DNA from: Octopus bimaculoides
Taxonomy: Eukaryota
Direction of reading: 5' to 3'
Assembly (NCBI RefSeq): GCF_001194135.2
Contig: NC_068983.1
Location: forward strand, 106,344,778-106,408,777
DNA length: 64,000 bases
The notes under the pieces were generated by a model. The model was not told the origin of the DNA, did no database searches, and saw only the letters and a list, made by a program, of their open reading frames with translations. Of this stretch, positions 35,801 through 51,500 are shown in pieces; position 1 is the stretch's first letter, and every line of letters begins with the position of its first letter. A program made the translations under genes and the position numbers.

Positions 35801-38800
35801 GCTTTCCTCTTGACTTCCTGGCAATGTAGTCACTTATCCTATATTAAAAGATTTATTTTTGCAAGAAAATATGTAATAATTTCGCCATTAAACTCTATGG
35901 AAAGTTAATTATTCTTTAAGCTTGTTTTTTGTTCTTTGACTATATCACAAAAAATGACAGGTCAAGATATCTAAATGCATAAGTGGCAAATTAATTAGTT
36001 TATAATTTTATTTGATTATCAACCTATCTTTAGAGGTGAAAATATCTTTAACCTTTTAAGCATTCAGATTACTGTCAAATGTAATGCTTATTTATTCACA
36101 CTGTTTTAAATTAAATGTAAATTATCACATAACTTCAAGATTTCAGTGATATGTTTATTTTTAAAATGACATTGTATGGTAGATGTGAGAGGTCAGATCA
36201 GGCTGGCTTGAATGTAAAACAGATAGAATATTAAAGCCGGATATGGCTGGCTTAAATGCTAAAGGATTAAACTTTTATTTTGGGGTGGAGACTTTATAAC
36301 CTGTTTTAACACAACTTGGCCCACAAGTGCCTTTAGTGGAGTCCACTCTATTGCAAGTCCAGGTGTCTGGTCTGAGAACAATTTCCTCCCAACCATTTTG
36401 CAAACCCTAAAAAAGATCATTTGCACTACTCCACCTCCTATAAATAGGTCACAAAATACATCTACTCTATGTTTTGATTGGTTGCTCTCTGATATTTATT
36501 ATTCACCTTTTTTCAGGATGTGTACATAGTTTCAGACTGGTTTTCAACTAGGAACATTTATTTTTAAACTAAAGAAATTATACTCTCATTTGGGCTGAAA
36601 AAACATAACTTATTCATTTAATTGTCATTTTATTAAATTTTATCTTATGCATACTAACATCACATGACCAACCAGACTATCAGATGTTGTTACACATTGC
36701 TGGTCACAATGTGCTTTGTATTGTTTTAGCCTTTTGAACGATGCCACCCCACTGGGTAGGTGAGCAGCCAACCCCCACCCCCACCATCACTACTGATCAA
36801 AAAAGGGACTGGAGCAATGTAAAATGTAGAGTTTTGTTCAAGAACAATATGCTATCCAGTCTGGAAATCGAACCCATGATCTAGTGATCGTGAGTGCAAC
36901 AGCCTAACCACTAGGCCACGTGCCTTCACTAACACAATGAAGGAAAATTAACAGCATGAAACAGTCAGTTCAACTAACATCATGGACAGGTTTTTCTAAT
37001 GAGCCAAAAGAGCAGCTTCAAGGATGGGGGACAACCCCTCCCCCCACCCCACACTTCTTGCCCACTGAAAATAATTTCATTCATATTTGAAACCACTCAT
37101 TGATGAAGTTCTTTAAAACCCATACAAAAATAAAACAAAACAAACCAAAACCCAACTTAAACATTAAGAACAAAGCAATTCAATACAAGTTGCTATTAAT
37201 TTGATAAGAATATTCAAAGTATTATAATTAAATGGTTAATTAATGCATTATAGCATTATTCTTTTGTTAATTTTATATTGCATAATATTGTTTAGTGTGG
37301 CTGTGTCTGCATCTTAGAATTTATAAAATTAAAGACTTCTTTTTCTGTCTCAGAACAGCTGTAGCCTTACACGTTCATATGCACTTGCAGTTCACCTCTG
37401 ATACCGAAAATGTTACTCAGTCTGCTAGAAATGGCAACCAAATTGCAATCACAGTTCATCCTATCATCTTAAAATAGAAAACATACATTTGATAATACAG
37501 TATGCCTATAAAGAAAAACGAAAAAGATGGCCATGATAACTGGAATGCTTTTGACCAAGATCTCTGCTTGCTCAAGTCTGAACTATATGATACATATTTA
37601 ACCATAATGAGCAAAAAAAGTCTTATGAGATCTTATCTCACATTTACCAAAACAAACATACCTTTAAAGTTATACAATACTTTAAAATACAATAGTGTAG
37701 TACTTTCTCCTAATTATTTATTCATCATGTAACAACATGTACAAGTCTTCTTGATGGCCTACTTCCAGACATCCAGAATCTCAAAGTTGCTTTCTTTAAC
37801 ATATTTGTCCTGCAGTATTTTCTATTGTCTGTCTTTTTTCTGTGTTTTACAGATGAATACTTTATGTTTTGAGTGGCTGGCAACAGAAATGTCAATTTGG
37901 TGAACTGTTTTTTTTTTTATTGATTAGAAAAAGATTTTGGTCTGTTGTCTTTTTTTAATTTTGTTTTTTATTCAAAACGAAATGTATAAAAAACCTAAAA
38001 CAAACAGAGGAAGGCATCATGCAAACATAACCGTAAAAAAAATATCACAGATATGTCAGGATTTATATTCAGGGCCAAGATAGAGAGAGATTATGAACAG
38101 AATTATGATTTTCTAATGTCAAATAAAAAGTAGAGCATCTAACTTCTAAATTACTTATCTGATCTAGATGCTGTAAACAAAGAGGACATTGATATCTGTT
38201 AACAGTGTTAAGTGATCTAAAAAGTAAAAAATAGTACAACCAGCCGTCACTTGTGAGTGAGTATGGCTTGGTAACATGTACTGTGCATTCACTTATTTGC
38301 TTCATGTGCATATGTAGTTGTAAGCAGACATAAACACCCTCACATCCTCCTCACCCATGACCTAGTGGAACATCCAAAAATGTGACAAGAGTAGAGTTTC
38401 TTTATAGTGTTCTGGCTCATTATCAAGCCCCTTCCCCACTTCTTGCTGTCTCATCAGCTATTCTTAATGCAAGTCTTGCTTCCTCTAACCAACATAGGTT
38501 CATTTCACTTTAGCTCAAACTGCTAGTCCTTCTAAAACGACTAAACATCTCTGACTCAAACAACCACAAGCTACAAAACATCTCTCCATGTATCAGTTGA
38601 TCAATCATCACAAAACAAGATCAAAACATGACCAAGTCAGAGAGCTCCCCTAGATATGTGAGAATGTGCAATTCATGGTTATAGTCTAAATGCACATCTC
38701 CTGCATTAGAAAAACTGATCAAGTGAATTATCTTTTATTCTTTATCTTTTACTTGTTTTAGTCATTAGACTGTGACCATGCTGGGGCACTAACTTGAGGA

Positions 38801-41800
38801 ATTTTAGCTGCACTAATTGACCCCAGTACTTATTTTCTTTTTATGCCTGATACTCTATCGGTCTCTATGGCCAAATCGCTAACTTATGAGGGACAAACAG
38901 ACACAATGAACACACACACACACAGTGGGCTTCTTTTACTTTCTGTCAACCAAATATACTTATGAGGCATTTGTTCAAGGTGCCACATAGAGGGAATGAA
39001 CCAGGAACCATGTGATGGGGAAGCAAACTTCTTACCACACAGCCATAACTACGCAATAAGAATTGTTGAACAAACATTGTACAAGACTAACTCGTGAATC
39101 ACTAAAAATAAATCATTTTGATAAGCAAAATATTTCTGAACCAGTTCAGGGAGTCATCTTTATCATCAGTTAATGTCTGCTTTTACTTGCTTGCATGGGT
39201 CAGGCAAAATTTGTTGAGTTAGATTTTATACAGCTGGATACCCTTCCTGACACCAACCCTCACCTATTTCCAAAGGTATCATTTCTCCAGGGATAGATAT
39301 GTTTTTTAAGGATGACTGGAAACGAACAGCTTCATTTGTAGGAAGATGCTCATTTGCAACCATCACATGATGTCCAGAAAGGGTACACACAAAACACACT
39401 AGATGGGCTTCTTTCAGTTTCCATTTATCAAATCCATTCACAAGGCTTTGGTTGCCTAATGTGGAGCACAGTGAGATCGAACCCAAGACTACATGGTTAG
39501 GAAGCAAGTTTCTTAAGTACACATCTACACTTGCACTTATAGGAAGTGATATGACTGTCTTAGTGAAAACCTTTCTCCTATAAAGGTATATGACATATAA
39601 CTAAGAATTTGTAGCAATGGGAGAATTAATGAACTAAATATCATATGATCTGTTGAATGTGTGTCATGACTGAAACAAATTGTGTATAAGTAACTTGAGG
39701 AAACAAAAGAGGCAACAATACAAATACACACACATAATAGATCTGCTGGTGAGCCTTTACTCCCCCACTGTCACTGACCCATTCCACTCTCCTTCACTAA
39801 TACTTGTTACCTCTCCCTCCTCCTCACATTTTTTTCCCCACTGTTATAATAACTGTTCCCCATTCTTGCTATTCTATTCCATTCTATTTATCCTGCAACC
39901 CTAGTAAAACATTTCATCACTCCTCTCTCCACTGAAATATTCTGCTCAAAACAGGACTTCTCTTCCTTATATCAAATATATTCCACCTTTGAACTCTCAG
40001 TATTAGTATTAGCTGACATAGATCATCCCCAGTTTCCTTGAATTCTACTGTTTTATTATATCATAAACTGGAGACTCCTTTTAGATGATTATGTGGGGGG
40101 AAAAAAATGTAAAAGCTAACAACGATAATTAGATTAATGTATTTAGATAATAAAAATGGTGACATTTATTAACATTGCAATATTAGCTTAAAGCTTTACC
40201 TAGATTTGTTATTACTTAATTCTTTCAATAATGCATTAATTAGGTCACCTGAATAATGGAATTTAGCACTTTAAAGAGAACTGCCCAAGCAGTTAACAAC
40301 AGTTTTAATTCTTGGCTGCTCACTGTTAGTCAAACCTGTTGCAAGTGTTGTTTGCCTATCAAGTGCATCTGAACTTTAATGCACAGAATGCACACAGGTC
40401 TGACAGCTCCGTATATATTATTCAATATTGATAATCTAGTAATGAATTAAAGAGTTCATTATGTTCTTTCAATGAGGCTTTGCTTATTCACTTAAGTGAA
40501 CTGATAGTTCAATTAACTCTGTTGCTCCAAAGGTTTTAGAGGCAGTCAACCAGTGATACATGGTGTTCAGTCAGTTCTGGTTTAGAATTCATGCAGCATA
40601 TAGTAGCCAGTTAATTACTCAATAGGGGCAGGCATTGCTGTCTGGTAAAGAAGTTCTCTTCCTGGACGTGTTGTTTCAGGTTCAGTCCCGCTGTTTGGCA
40701 CCTTGGGTATGTTTCTTCTGCTATGGCCCCAAGCTGACCAAAGCCTTAAGTGGTTATGGAAGATGATAACTAAAGACGCCCATTGTATGTATGCATGTGT
40801 GAGAGAAAGTGTGTGTAAGTTCATATTTCCCTCATCTTCTCAGGTGTTCATTCACTGGTTGTAACCAATGGCTTTGTTGACAGTGTCATTTGTTTGCAAC
40901 CCACTGCAAAATCACGTCCAGGATTTTTTGGTAAGTTGCACAATCTCTATAAACAAAAGACATTCATATGGTGTCATTTGTGTACAAATCTGCACATAAA
41001 CATGTCTGGGCTATTCACTGTTTGATAGACATAAAGATTATTACTTTGCTTTAAAATATGTGGTGGCTGGCAACAGGAAGAGAATCCAGGCATATGAATC
41101 TCTCTGCACAACATACTCTTGTCTGACCAATGCAAACAAAAAAAATGTAGATTTTAAAATGATTTTATATCTTATTTTTTTGTTTTTACTTGTTTCAGTC
41201 ATTAGACTGTGGCCATGCTGGGGCACGACCTTGAAGAATTTTTAGTTGAATCTATCAACCCCAGTACCTCTTTTTTGTTTAAAGCCTGGTACTTATTCTA
41301 TTGGTCTCTTTTGCCAAATCAAGTTACAGGAATATAAACACACCAGCACCAGTTGTCAAGTGGTGGTGGTGGGGGGAACAAACACAAAGACACACACACA
41401 CACACACACTGGGCTCCTTTCAGTTTCAGTCTGCCAGATCCACTCATGAGGTTTTGGTTGGCCTGAGGCTAAAGTTGAAGACACTTGCCCAAGTTCAGTC
41501 ACACAATGGGACTGAACTCGAAACCATGTGGTTGGGAAGCAAACTTCTTACCACACAGCCATGTCTGAACCTATAATGATAATAATGATAAAATGGATTC
41601 AGTTCAGTATATTAAAAAGTGCAACACATGCTAATCTGGTTCTCTGCCAATAGTTAAACATTCTAGCAACTACAGAAAACTTAAAGATGTAGTCAATATT
41701 GGTAAGTTTCAAACAGAACTTAGTTTCCATTTATTATTGGGTCATCGTACCATGTTAAAGAGATATGTCTGGACATTAAGCTTGGTTGAATTTCATTGTA

Positions 41801-44800
41801 CAATCACCTTTCTTATAATTCAATTTATATATAAAGTATACTGTCTGAAAATTTAGGCCTTGTAACAGTTTAAACACATGAAGTCAAGAATTGTTTTGAT
41901 GGAATATTTGGCTGCTCTGCTAGCAAATTGAATGAATGACATAAGTTCCTTCATGGCTTACTGCAAATCAGTAAGCTGTCTACAAGAATAGCTGAGAAGT
42001 TAAAAGTATGTAATATAAAGTAGGCAGTACTTGATTCATATTTTATATGTTGGCAGGTTGTTGGCTCCAGAAATGTAAGCAAAATATAAGTTATTCTACC
42101 CATTGGAGTGTGGCAAGAAAAGGAGGGGAAAAATTAGCAAAACGAAAATTTAAAACAATAAAAACATTGATAGAAAGTTGTTGAGAACGAGAAAAAGAAA
42201 ACAAAAAAAAAATAAGTGGAATGCACTGAGATGTAGAAAAAAAAAAATCATAAGAGCACAAACCTCTGCCAAGGCAACACCAACGTCCCCTCAACGATTA
42301 GCCAGAGATGATATTTAAAATAAAAATATCTGAAATAAACTTGACTGCTCTCACAAATGAAAATACTAAAAATGAACCCGACCACTCTCAAAAATTAAGT
42401 TAAAAAAAAACAGAAAAATAATCCAGAATCCCTAAATCTAATCAGTTTGTGCAAATCACAAGACTAAACAACCCTGAAATTTTCATCTGAATTCATCCAG
42501 CAGTTCTTGAGATATCTTGTCCACAAACAAACAAACAAACACGATTGAAAACAATGTCTCTGCCTTAGCGAAGGCAATAATAGGATTATGATTCACAACA
42601 CTGGTTTTACGCACTTATAAATTTAGTGTTTCTTTCTGTCCACCTCAGTTGGAAAATGAACTACATGCATACATTACAGTATATTTAATAAAACATAACT
42701 TTTTGATATAGGTATAGTAAATGACAATTTTTTTTAGAATAAGGATGTTTTGATTGTAAACAGTTTATTGGATGAGTTTATTCATATAAGATGTAGAGAG
42801 AATCATGCAATAAGTGCAGCAGCAGTTTAAAGATAATATTAAGGACTAAATAAATCTATATGATATTGGTTTCAAATTTTGGCACAGGGCCAGCAATTTT
42901 GGGAGAAGGGTAAGTCGATTACATCGACCCCACTGTTCAACTGGTACTTACTTTATTGACACTCAAAAGGATGAAAATCAAAGTTGACCTTGGCGGAATT
43001 CAAATTCAGGCTGTAAAGATGGATGAAATGCCACTAAACATTTTGCCTGGCATGCTAACGGTTCTACCAGCTCACCACCTTATAAATCTATATGATATTG
43101 CGATACAGCAATTGAAAGTAATCCACAATCAAGTTACATTTTATTGGAATTCACTTGGAAACTTTGACTGCCTTTCAGACAAACCTACACCTCTTCAAGT
43201 AATGCCGAATTTGTAGTCAAATCAGATACAACTTAAAACTGGTCATATCTCCTAAGTAGAAACAAAAGATACTAAAACCAGAGCTCAAAATGATGTCTGT
43301 TATAATAACTTACAGGAGGTTTTCTATTACAATGCTTCAGGATAATCTCAATCTGCATAGCCAAATGGTAAATGTGGCTGGAGATCACACATTTGTAGTT
43401 AGGTAGCATGGTGATCAATATTTTTCTGCTATTAGCTGTCAGATACTACCAAATGACAAAGATACACCGTTTATAAGGGCTAAGTTTCATAGCTATAGAA
43501 AAGAAGTGAAAATACAAGTGTTTAGAGTAAATGGATATCATGTAAAAATTGGTCTTTGAGACAGTAAAGTTAAACAATATAGATTTTTTTTTTATATATA
43601 TTAGTTGGGTGGGTTCATTGCTTTAAAATTTAAATCTGCTAAAACAGAGTGGCATTCCTACAGTAAACAAGCTTATTTAGCTCTTTTAATGCCAATGCAC
43701 TGAATACCACCCCTATTTCTGGATATAAACCCCTTACTTTAAAGTAATCTACAAACCACATTTCATTTGAATTTATGCCACAAAACATCAGTTATTTTAC
43801 AATATTTTTCATTATTTTCAAAATGAAATGAAACAATGGCAGTGTATTTCAGCAGAAATATGGTAACAAAAGGTTAACTAGGGGACAGATGTGACTCACT
43901 TCCTATCTGTTTTATCAACACCCCTACCCCCAAAAAACAAGGATCTTGTTGAAACCAAGAAAAGAAAAGTGGAGGGTACTTCTGAATACACATAGAAAAT
44001 TATATGCTGGGCTACAAGGTGACTGTTAAATAAAATAACTCCCAAAATTGTTTATTTTGTGCTAGTATACTTGTATAAAACAAAAACTTCACATATGACA
44101 TAGAAGAAATTACAGCAGGTATTTTCTTTATAATACATGAATTATGTCTATGTGTCTATGAGACAGTAAAATTGTTTATTGTTTATGCGAGTCTTCAGTT
44201 TTATGTATTGTAATTGCTATCACACCAGTTAGATTTCACTCAGATAAGGTCACGCATACACAGTAAGTCACTGGTTCACACAGAAAATTAATATAGCAGT
44301 AAGATCACAGTTTGACAATGTTTTCAATAATTAAATTTAATAAGGACAATTTCATAACTGGCATATAAGACAATCCTTTGTTTTAGCGTATTTTTATAGC
44401 ATCACATTAGAACATCTACAACAAGTAAATGATTGTTGTAAGCTGTGGTAAACACCCATACTGCTTCGGTAGTCTTTAAATGAGTCACAGAAACCAGATT
44501 GTTTATGTGTCAGCTAATAAGCCATTACAGTAATAGTTCAAAACCATTTCGCTGTACTGTGTGCCTGAATGAGAAAAGTCATCAGTGGGAACACTCTGAC
44601 AGCTGCATGTTTCATGAGCTTCCAACTATGTTTAACCCTTTAGCATTCAGATTAACATCCACTTTACATGCTGGCATGGGTTTGACTGGAACTGGTACAC
44701 TGGAGAGCTACACCAGGTTCCAGTCTGATTTGGCATGGTTTCTATGGCTGGATGCCCTTCTTAACACCAACCAGTCTGAGAGTGTAATGGGTGCTTTTTA

Positions 44801-47800
44801 CATGCCACCAGCATGGGTGTCATTTACACAGGCAATGGCCACGACTACAGTTTCACTTGGCTTGATGAGTCTTCTCAAGCACAACATATCATCAAGGTCT
44901 CATCATATTGTTTTCAATGATGTGATTGTTTAATTTTAAGAATGGAATTAGGTGCAAGAGGCCAGATCTGGTCAGTTTGAACATAAATTTAGTAGAATAC
45001 TTTGGCCAGATATGGCTGGTTTAAATGCTAACAGCTTAAATATTTCCTATGAGCAAATGAAAAACCTCAATAATATTCAAATCCATGACCGTTTAGCTAA
45101 GAAGCTTACTTCTCTACAATGTGGTCTTGGGTTCAGTTCCACTGCACAACACCTTGGGCAGATGTCTTCTACTATAGCCCTAAGCTGACCAAAGCCTTGT
45201 CAGTGGATCTGGTAGATGGAAACTAAAACAAACAAAAAACCCCATCATCTATATGCATACACACACACACGTGTGGGCATGGGTATCTATTTGGATGTAT
45301 CTTTGTCTTAATCTATCTACCCAGCTGTAGAAAATCTGCTTCAACAAACTGTCTGACCCATGCAAGAATGGAAAAGTAGGTGATAAACGATGATAATGGT
45401 GGTGGTGGAATGCATAACATGTTTCAATGACTATTTTTTCTGTGAGTTATTGGTAAGTCAAAAAATCAAACTGCTACTGTAGTCATCAGATATTTATATG
45501 ACGAAGGTGAATTATATTTATTAAACAGTTAAGTTCCCTCATCATGAGATATATGGGTCTCCCGACCTCACTTATTTGCTTTGTGTTAAGGTAAGAATAT
45601 AATACTCACTACTTTGTTTTTACATGAATTTGTTTCATAGTGCAGTGAAATAGTCATTATTCCAACAAACAAAATGCCTTTGAATAGCTGGCTACCTGTC
45701 TTGATGATCACTTTTGTCAACATTCAATATAACTAGCATAGTGTAGACATTGAGAAGAAACCTCAATCTTTAAGCAGGGATGAGGATAGCTGTGTGAAAA
45801 AGTGCCACACCCTAGCAGTTGAGGAAACCTGTAGAAGAGGTAGGCCCAGGAAGACCTGGGATGAGGTGGTGAGGCACGACCTTCAAACATTGGGCCTCAC
45901 CGAGGCAATGACTTCTGACCGAGACCTTTGGAAATATGCTGTGCATAAGAAGACCCGGCAAGCCAAGTGAGACCAAAATCGAAGGCCTCAGGCAGCCCAC
46001 TTATACGTATCTTCCTTCATTGGACACTAAACTCCGCTTGCGAACACCTGTTGAGGCAAGTGAAAGCGAAATCTAATTAAATTCGACGACTGGCACCCAT
46101 GCCAACGTCATCTCCTTCATTGGAAACGAAACTCGGCTTGCGAAGACCTATTGGGGCAAGCAAAACCATCAATGGCACCTGTGTCCAGCATCGCCTTCCT
46201 GGCACTTGTGCCGGATGGCACATGTAAAGACATTCGAGCAAGATCGTTGCCAGTGCCGCCGAACTGGCTCCTGTGCAGGTGGCACGTAAAATANNNNNNN
46301 NNNCGAGCAAGATCGTTGCCAGTGCCGCCGAACTGGCTCCTGTGCAGGTGGCACGTAAAATACACCATTTTGAGCATGGCCGTTGCCAGTACTGCCTAAC
46401 TGGCCTTCGTGCTGGTGGCACGTAAGGAAGGGCATCCAGCTGTAGAAACTCTGCCAAATCAGACTGGAGCCTGGTGTAGCCATCTGGTTTCACCAGTCCT
46501 CAGTCAAATTGTCCAACCCATGCTAGCATGGAAAGCGGACGTTAAACGATGATGATGATGATGGTGAAGTGATGAAATGTAAATTTGCAACATAGTTGTG
46601 ATCATACAATTATTGGAGGTATACCTTCTCATCAGATACATCATAAAAAGAATTGTTTAAATTAATTATTACCCACATTTATACACATCTATAAATACTA
46701 GTTTCAAATTGGACACAAAGCCAGCAATTTTGAGGAGAGAGTAAGTCGATTATATCAACCCCAGTGCTCATTTTATCTACCCCAAAAGGATGGCAGGCAA
46801 AGTCAACCTCAGCAGAATTTGAACTCAAAATGTAAAGATGGACAAAATGCCGCTAAGCTTGTTGCTCTGCATACTAATGGTTCTGCCAGTTCACTGCCTT
46901 AGACACATCTACAAATATTCACATATAAAAGGTCTCCACCTGTCTTATTTAAATATTGGTAACTTTCATAATGCAGACTTAGGCAGCTGCTAGGTGTTTT
47001 ATTTGTTGTCAAAATATTAGGTCCATGTAAGATCTAATCAATTGAAATACTAATTGCAGTCCAAGGTTATCTTAAATTCTGACCTAACAAAAATTGAAAG
47101 AGGTTACAGGCACTGCCTTTCATTTTTAGCTAAATTAATAAAAAATAAATGCAGTTTACATCTTCCCATATATTATTGATATTGTATACATATACAATTT
47201 CTCTTTTTAATCAATAACAATGTCATAAAAGACCAAATAGTCTGATCAGTGATCACATTTACAGCATATAAAAGAAAATGTAGAGGCACTTGACTAAATG
47301 AGGTTGGTATTTTGCAATGTTGGTATTCCTACCTAGCATGAACCCCCATCTTACTTTCTAACATACAAATATGGTCTTCAGTACGATACTTTTAAAATAA
47401 CTCTGGAAGTAACAACTATTTTTTTACTAAAGTCTTTACAGAACATGGACACGAGTTCTTAGTAAGCTCTAATTTGTGTAATAAATCCTTGCTAATACAT
47501 AGTTAATATATAAGTAGGTAAAGTAATCCTGGCAAGCTCGTATTACTTTTTCTACACTCTGAGTGGTTGGCGTTAGGAAGGGCATCCAGCTGTAGAAACT
47601 CTGCCAAATCAGATTGGAGCCTGGTGTAGCCATCTGGTTTCACCAGTCCTCAGTCNNNNNNNNNNTTGGAGCCTGGTGTAGCCATCTGGTTTCACCAGTC
47701 CTCAGTCAAATCGTCCAACCCATGCTAGCATGGAAAGCGGACGTTAAACGATGATGATGATGATGTACAATGATATATAACTGGACAAAAAAATGGTGAT

Positions 47801-50800
47801 TAACTGATGAATTATTTCAAGGATACTCATTTAACCCTTTAGCATTTAAATGGGTCATATCCAGGCCAAATATTCCACCTGTTTTATGTTCAAACTGGTC
47901 AGGTCAGGCCTGTTACACATTGTAAAAATAAATAATTACAGCATTGAAATCTCAAAGCATTCCATTCGAGAGTAATCTGAGTGCAATTAAATACTCATAG
48001 ATGGACAAAGGTTGTTTGCCAATGAGTGAAAAATGAACACTTCAACAAATTTCTTTTAGAAGCTTTATGTAAGTCACCCTTACAAGATTTAGTTATCAGT
48101 AAAACTGGAGTCCTCAAGATTATTAAAATGAGGGTGGGAACGAGAGTTTCAAGATAATTAAAAGCGTGGGCAGGAAAGAACTTAATCATCAATACATATA
48201 TATATAAGTGTAACATAAAAAACACCTCCAAAAGCTAAACATAACTGACAATGTAAATGCACATGCTTACCTGCAGGAAACTTAGGTTCATAATTGAAAA
48301 CACACATCTGCTTCAATAATTGCATAATGATAGAAATAAGTGAAATTTAAAACAATGAGAAAGAAAAAAAGTTTTCATTACACTATAAATACTAAGATTT
48401 AATTTTCCACTCTGAAAACTTAATTTCCATTGCTAAACACACTGATATAAAGAACTAAATTTTTAAAACCTACATCATTCTACATTTAATTAATAAAATG
48501 TTGCATCTGAATTAACTGAACGTAGAGTGCAACTATGGCATGCGGTTAAGAAATTTGTTTTGCAATCATGTGGTTTTTCAATTTAACACTTTAGCATTTA
48601 AAATTGACCATATCCAGCCAAAATATTCTACCTGTTTTATGTTCAAACTGGCCTGATCCTGCCTCTCACACCTACCCTACAATGTTAGTCTAAAAAACAT
48701 ACACCCATGCAATCAAAATCTCAAGGCTACAAAATAATGTAGGATAAATTCAAAACAATGTGAATAAATAAGCAGCACATTTGATAGAATAATCTGAACG
48801 CTAAAGGGTTAAACTACTGCTGCTGCATCAAAGGATAAAGAGCTTTTTATCATAAGATTGAATTAACCAAAGCTTTATTGAGTGTAAGTGGGTAGATTTA
48901 GAATCTGTCACATAAACTTAACTTGTTCTTGGATAGCAGACTTACTGCATTGCCTAGTTTAACATCATCACCTGACACTTGGTGCATTTAGTGCAAACAG
49001 GTCTCCAGCATATGAGGATAAGTAACTCAATACTCTGGTACACTACTTCTTACTGCAGTAAACCACTGGGTTTTCTTCCACCCCACTCAGTTGCTGAGGC
49101 ACTGCACGAAATAGCTGATCTTCTTCCTTTCACTAAGCCAGAAAAAAAATTTCTATTATAGAGATTACAATGCCTTGAAAACATCAAAACATTATGCTAT
49201 CATAACAATAGCAGGTCTCATAGTGCAATAGTGTTTATTGGTAAAACGAGTTCATAACTGTTTGGCTCCCAGTTAGAACTGCTTTCATTTTCACTTGTCT
49301 TGTTAACACCCTTTGCAAACAAGAAATCCACAATTTCCTATAGTTCTCCATATAAAAATCTCACGCGTTTAGCTTATGTGACAAAATAAATATTATTCTT
49401 TTCAACTATAGCTCTTAAAGCTTTTCTATTAATTGAAGAAGTTAACAGGTTTAAAACGTAGAAAGAAAAATATAAACAATTTATTAGTTTTTTTTTCCCC
49501 ACACTTTATTGAGTGTCTATAGAGGTTTAAACTATAAAATTCTATAAACACAGCTTTCCTTCTGACTGTTTTGCTGCCCCACCAAGTTTGTATGAATGAG
49601 TATACTATAGGACATTCATTGAAAGGTGACACACAAACAGAATAATGTATTTTTGTTAAGTAGTTAGAGCACTAAGTTCAACACATGACAAAGCAGATTA
49701 TAGTTAATGGAACAGAAGAGTACATCACAAAATTCAAAGTGCTATTTGAATCCATATATGGGTAATGGTCATCTGTAATGCTTGAATGAAGATGAATGGC
49801 CACCAATGTAGTATGAAGATGGCCTGTCCTAGGGGATAGACAAAGAACTAGTAACCTGACATTAACTAGTGACCTGAACTTCTTTCAATAACAGTATTGG
49901 GCTGGCACAAAAGAAGAAAAACTATGTCAGATAAGTAAATATTTCATATGTTTATGTGTATGAAAGTGTGTATTTGAGAATATATGAATGTATATAGATA
50001 AATATGAACGTATTTGTATGAATATATGAATGTGTATACACATGCATGTACATATGGGTTTGTGTTCACTGCACAAGTAAAGGAATGTGTGTAAATGTCA
50101 CATGAATGTGAATCACATAGTTGGACAATTTTTCTCAATCGATTTGTTATTCATTCATAAGTGACAAACTAGTTTTTCATGTTTTACTTGAAATGTGTGT
50201 ATCTATATGTGAGTGTGTGTATACACACACACTCATCTGTCTATCTATTATAAACATGTGTGTGAGTGTGTATGTTTTGGAACCATGTATCTTTAGGTTC
50301 AGTTTCATTGTGGAGCTTCTTGGTCACTCCAGGATAACAAATGAGGGAATTTGACAGATGAAAACTATATTAAGCCCATTGCAGATATTTATATATATGA
50401 CGAACTTAATGGAACATCACAGTAGAACCCAAAGATATGTGGTTCCAAAGCAAACTTCTTAACTACACAGTATGCCTGTACATATATACATTTTTTTTTA
50501 TTTATGCACNNNNNNNNNNNNNNNNNNNNNNNNNNNNNNNNNNNNNNNNNNNNNNNNNNNNNNNNNNNNNNNNNNNNNNNNNNNNNNNNNNNNNNNNNNN
50601 NNNNNNNNNNNNNNNNNNNNNNNNNNNNNNNNNNNNNNNNNNNNNNNNNNNNNNNNNNNNNNNNNNNNNNNNNNNNNNNNNNNNNNNNNNNNNNNNNNNA
50701 CTCAAGAAACAGGAAGAAAGAGAGAGAGAAAGTTGGGGCGAAAGAGTACAACAGGGGTCACCACCATCCCCTGCTGGAGCACCGTGGAGCTTTAGGTGTT

Positions 50801-51079
50801 TTTGCTCAATAAACACACATAATGCCCGGTCTGGGAATCGAAACCGCGATCCTCTGACCGCGAGTCCGCTGCCCTAACCACTGGGCCTCCACACATATAT
50901 ACATACAAACACATATGTGTGTGTGAGTGTATATTTATATTCATACACACAAAAACATTCATATCCACACACACACACACACACACACACACATAAACAT
51001 GCATATAAATACGTACATACATACATAAATATTGTTTTAATATTTTTCCATATTTGCATGGGTCAAACGAGACAACATT

Positions 51080-51500
51080 GGGACAGAGTTTTCTAGGCTG
51101 TACTTCCTGGAGAGAAGACACAAAAGATTTTGCAGTGATATATATGTGGAAGATCCTGGAAGGTCAAGCACCCAACTTTGGGATTGGAAGCTATATCAAT
51201 CATTGGATTGGATGGCATTGCATAGTACCAAAGATCACAACATCTCCATCCAGTATAAGAACCAAATACTGTAACAACCTAAGGTTCAAAAGCCTGCTGC
51301 TTTTCAAGACCTTGGTAAAAGAACTCAGAGATCAACAAGCTGTACATGTGAATGTGTTCAAAAAACAATTAGACCAATTTTTTTTTTTGAAGTACCAGAT
51401 GAATCTACATCAAAGCAAGAAACAAAGAACTCTGTCCAACTCACTACTTCATCAGGACAGATTCCAGAGGCAAGATCAGGAAGAGTGTCTAAAATAAACA
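51080..51500 (+). mobile_element. CR1/L2-like LINE 3' fragment
   Basis: ORF 51054-51497 (VIYMWKILEGQAPNFGI...FKKQLDQF...SNSLLHQ) resembles the C-terminus of CR1-group RTs. Confidence 0.7.
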
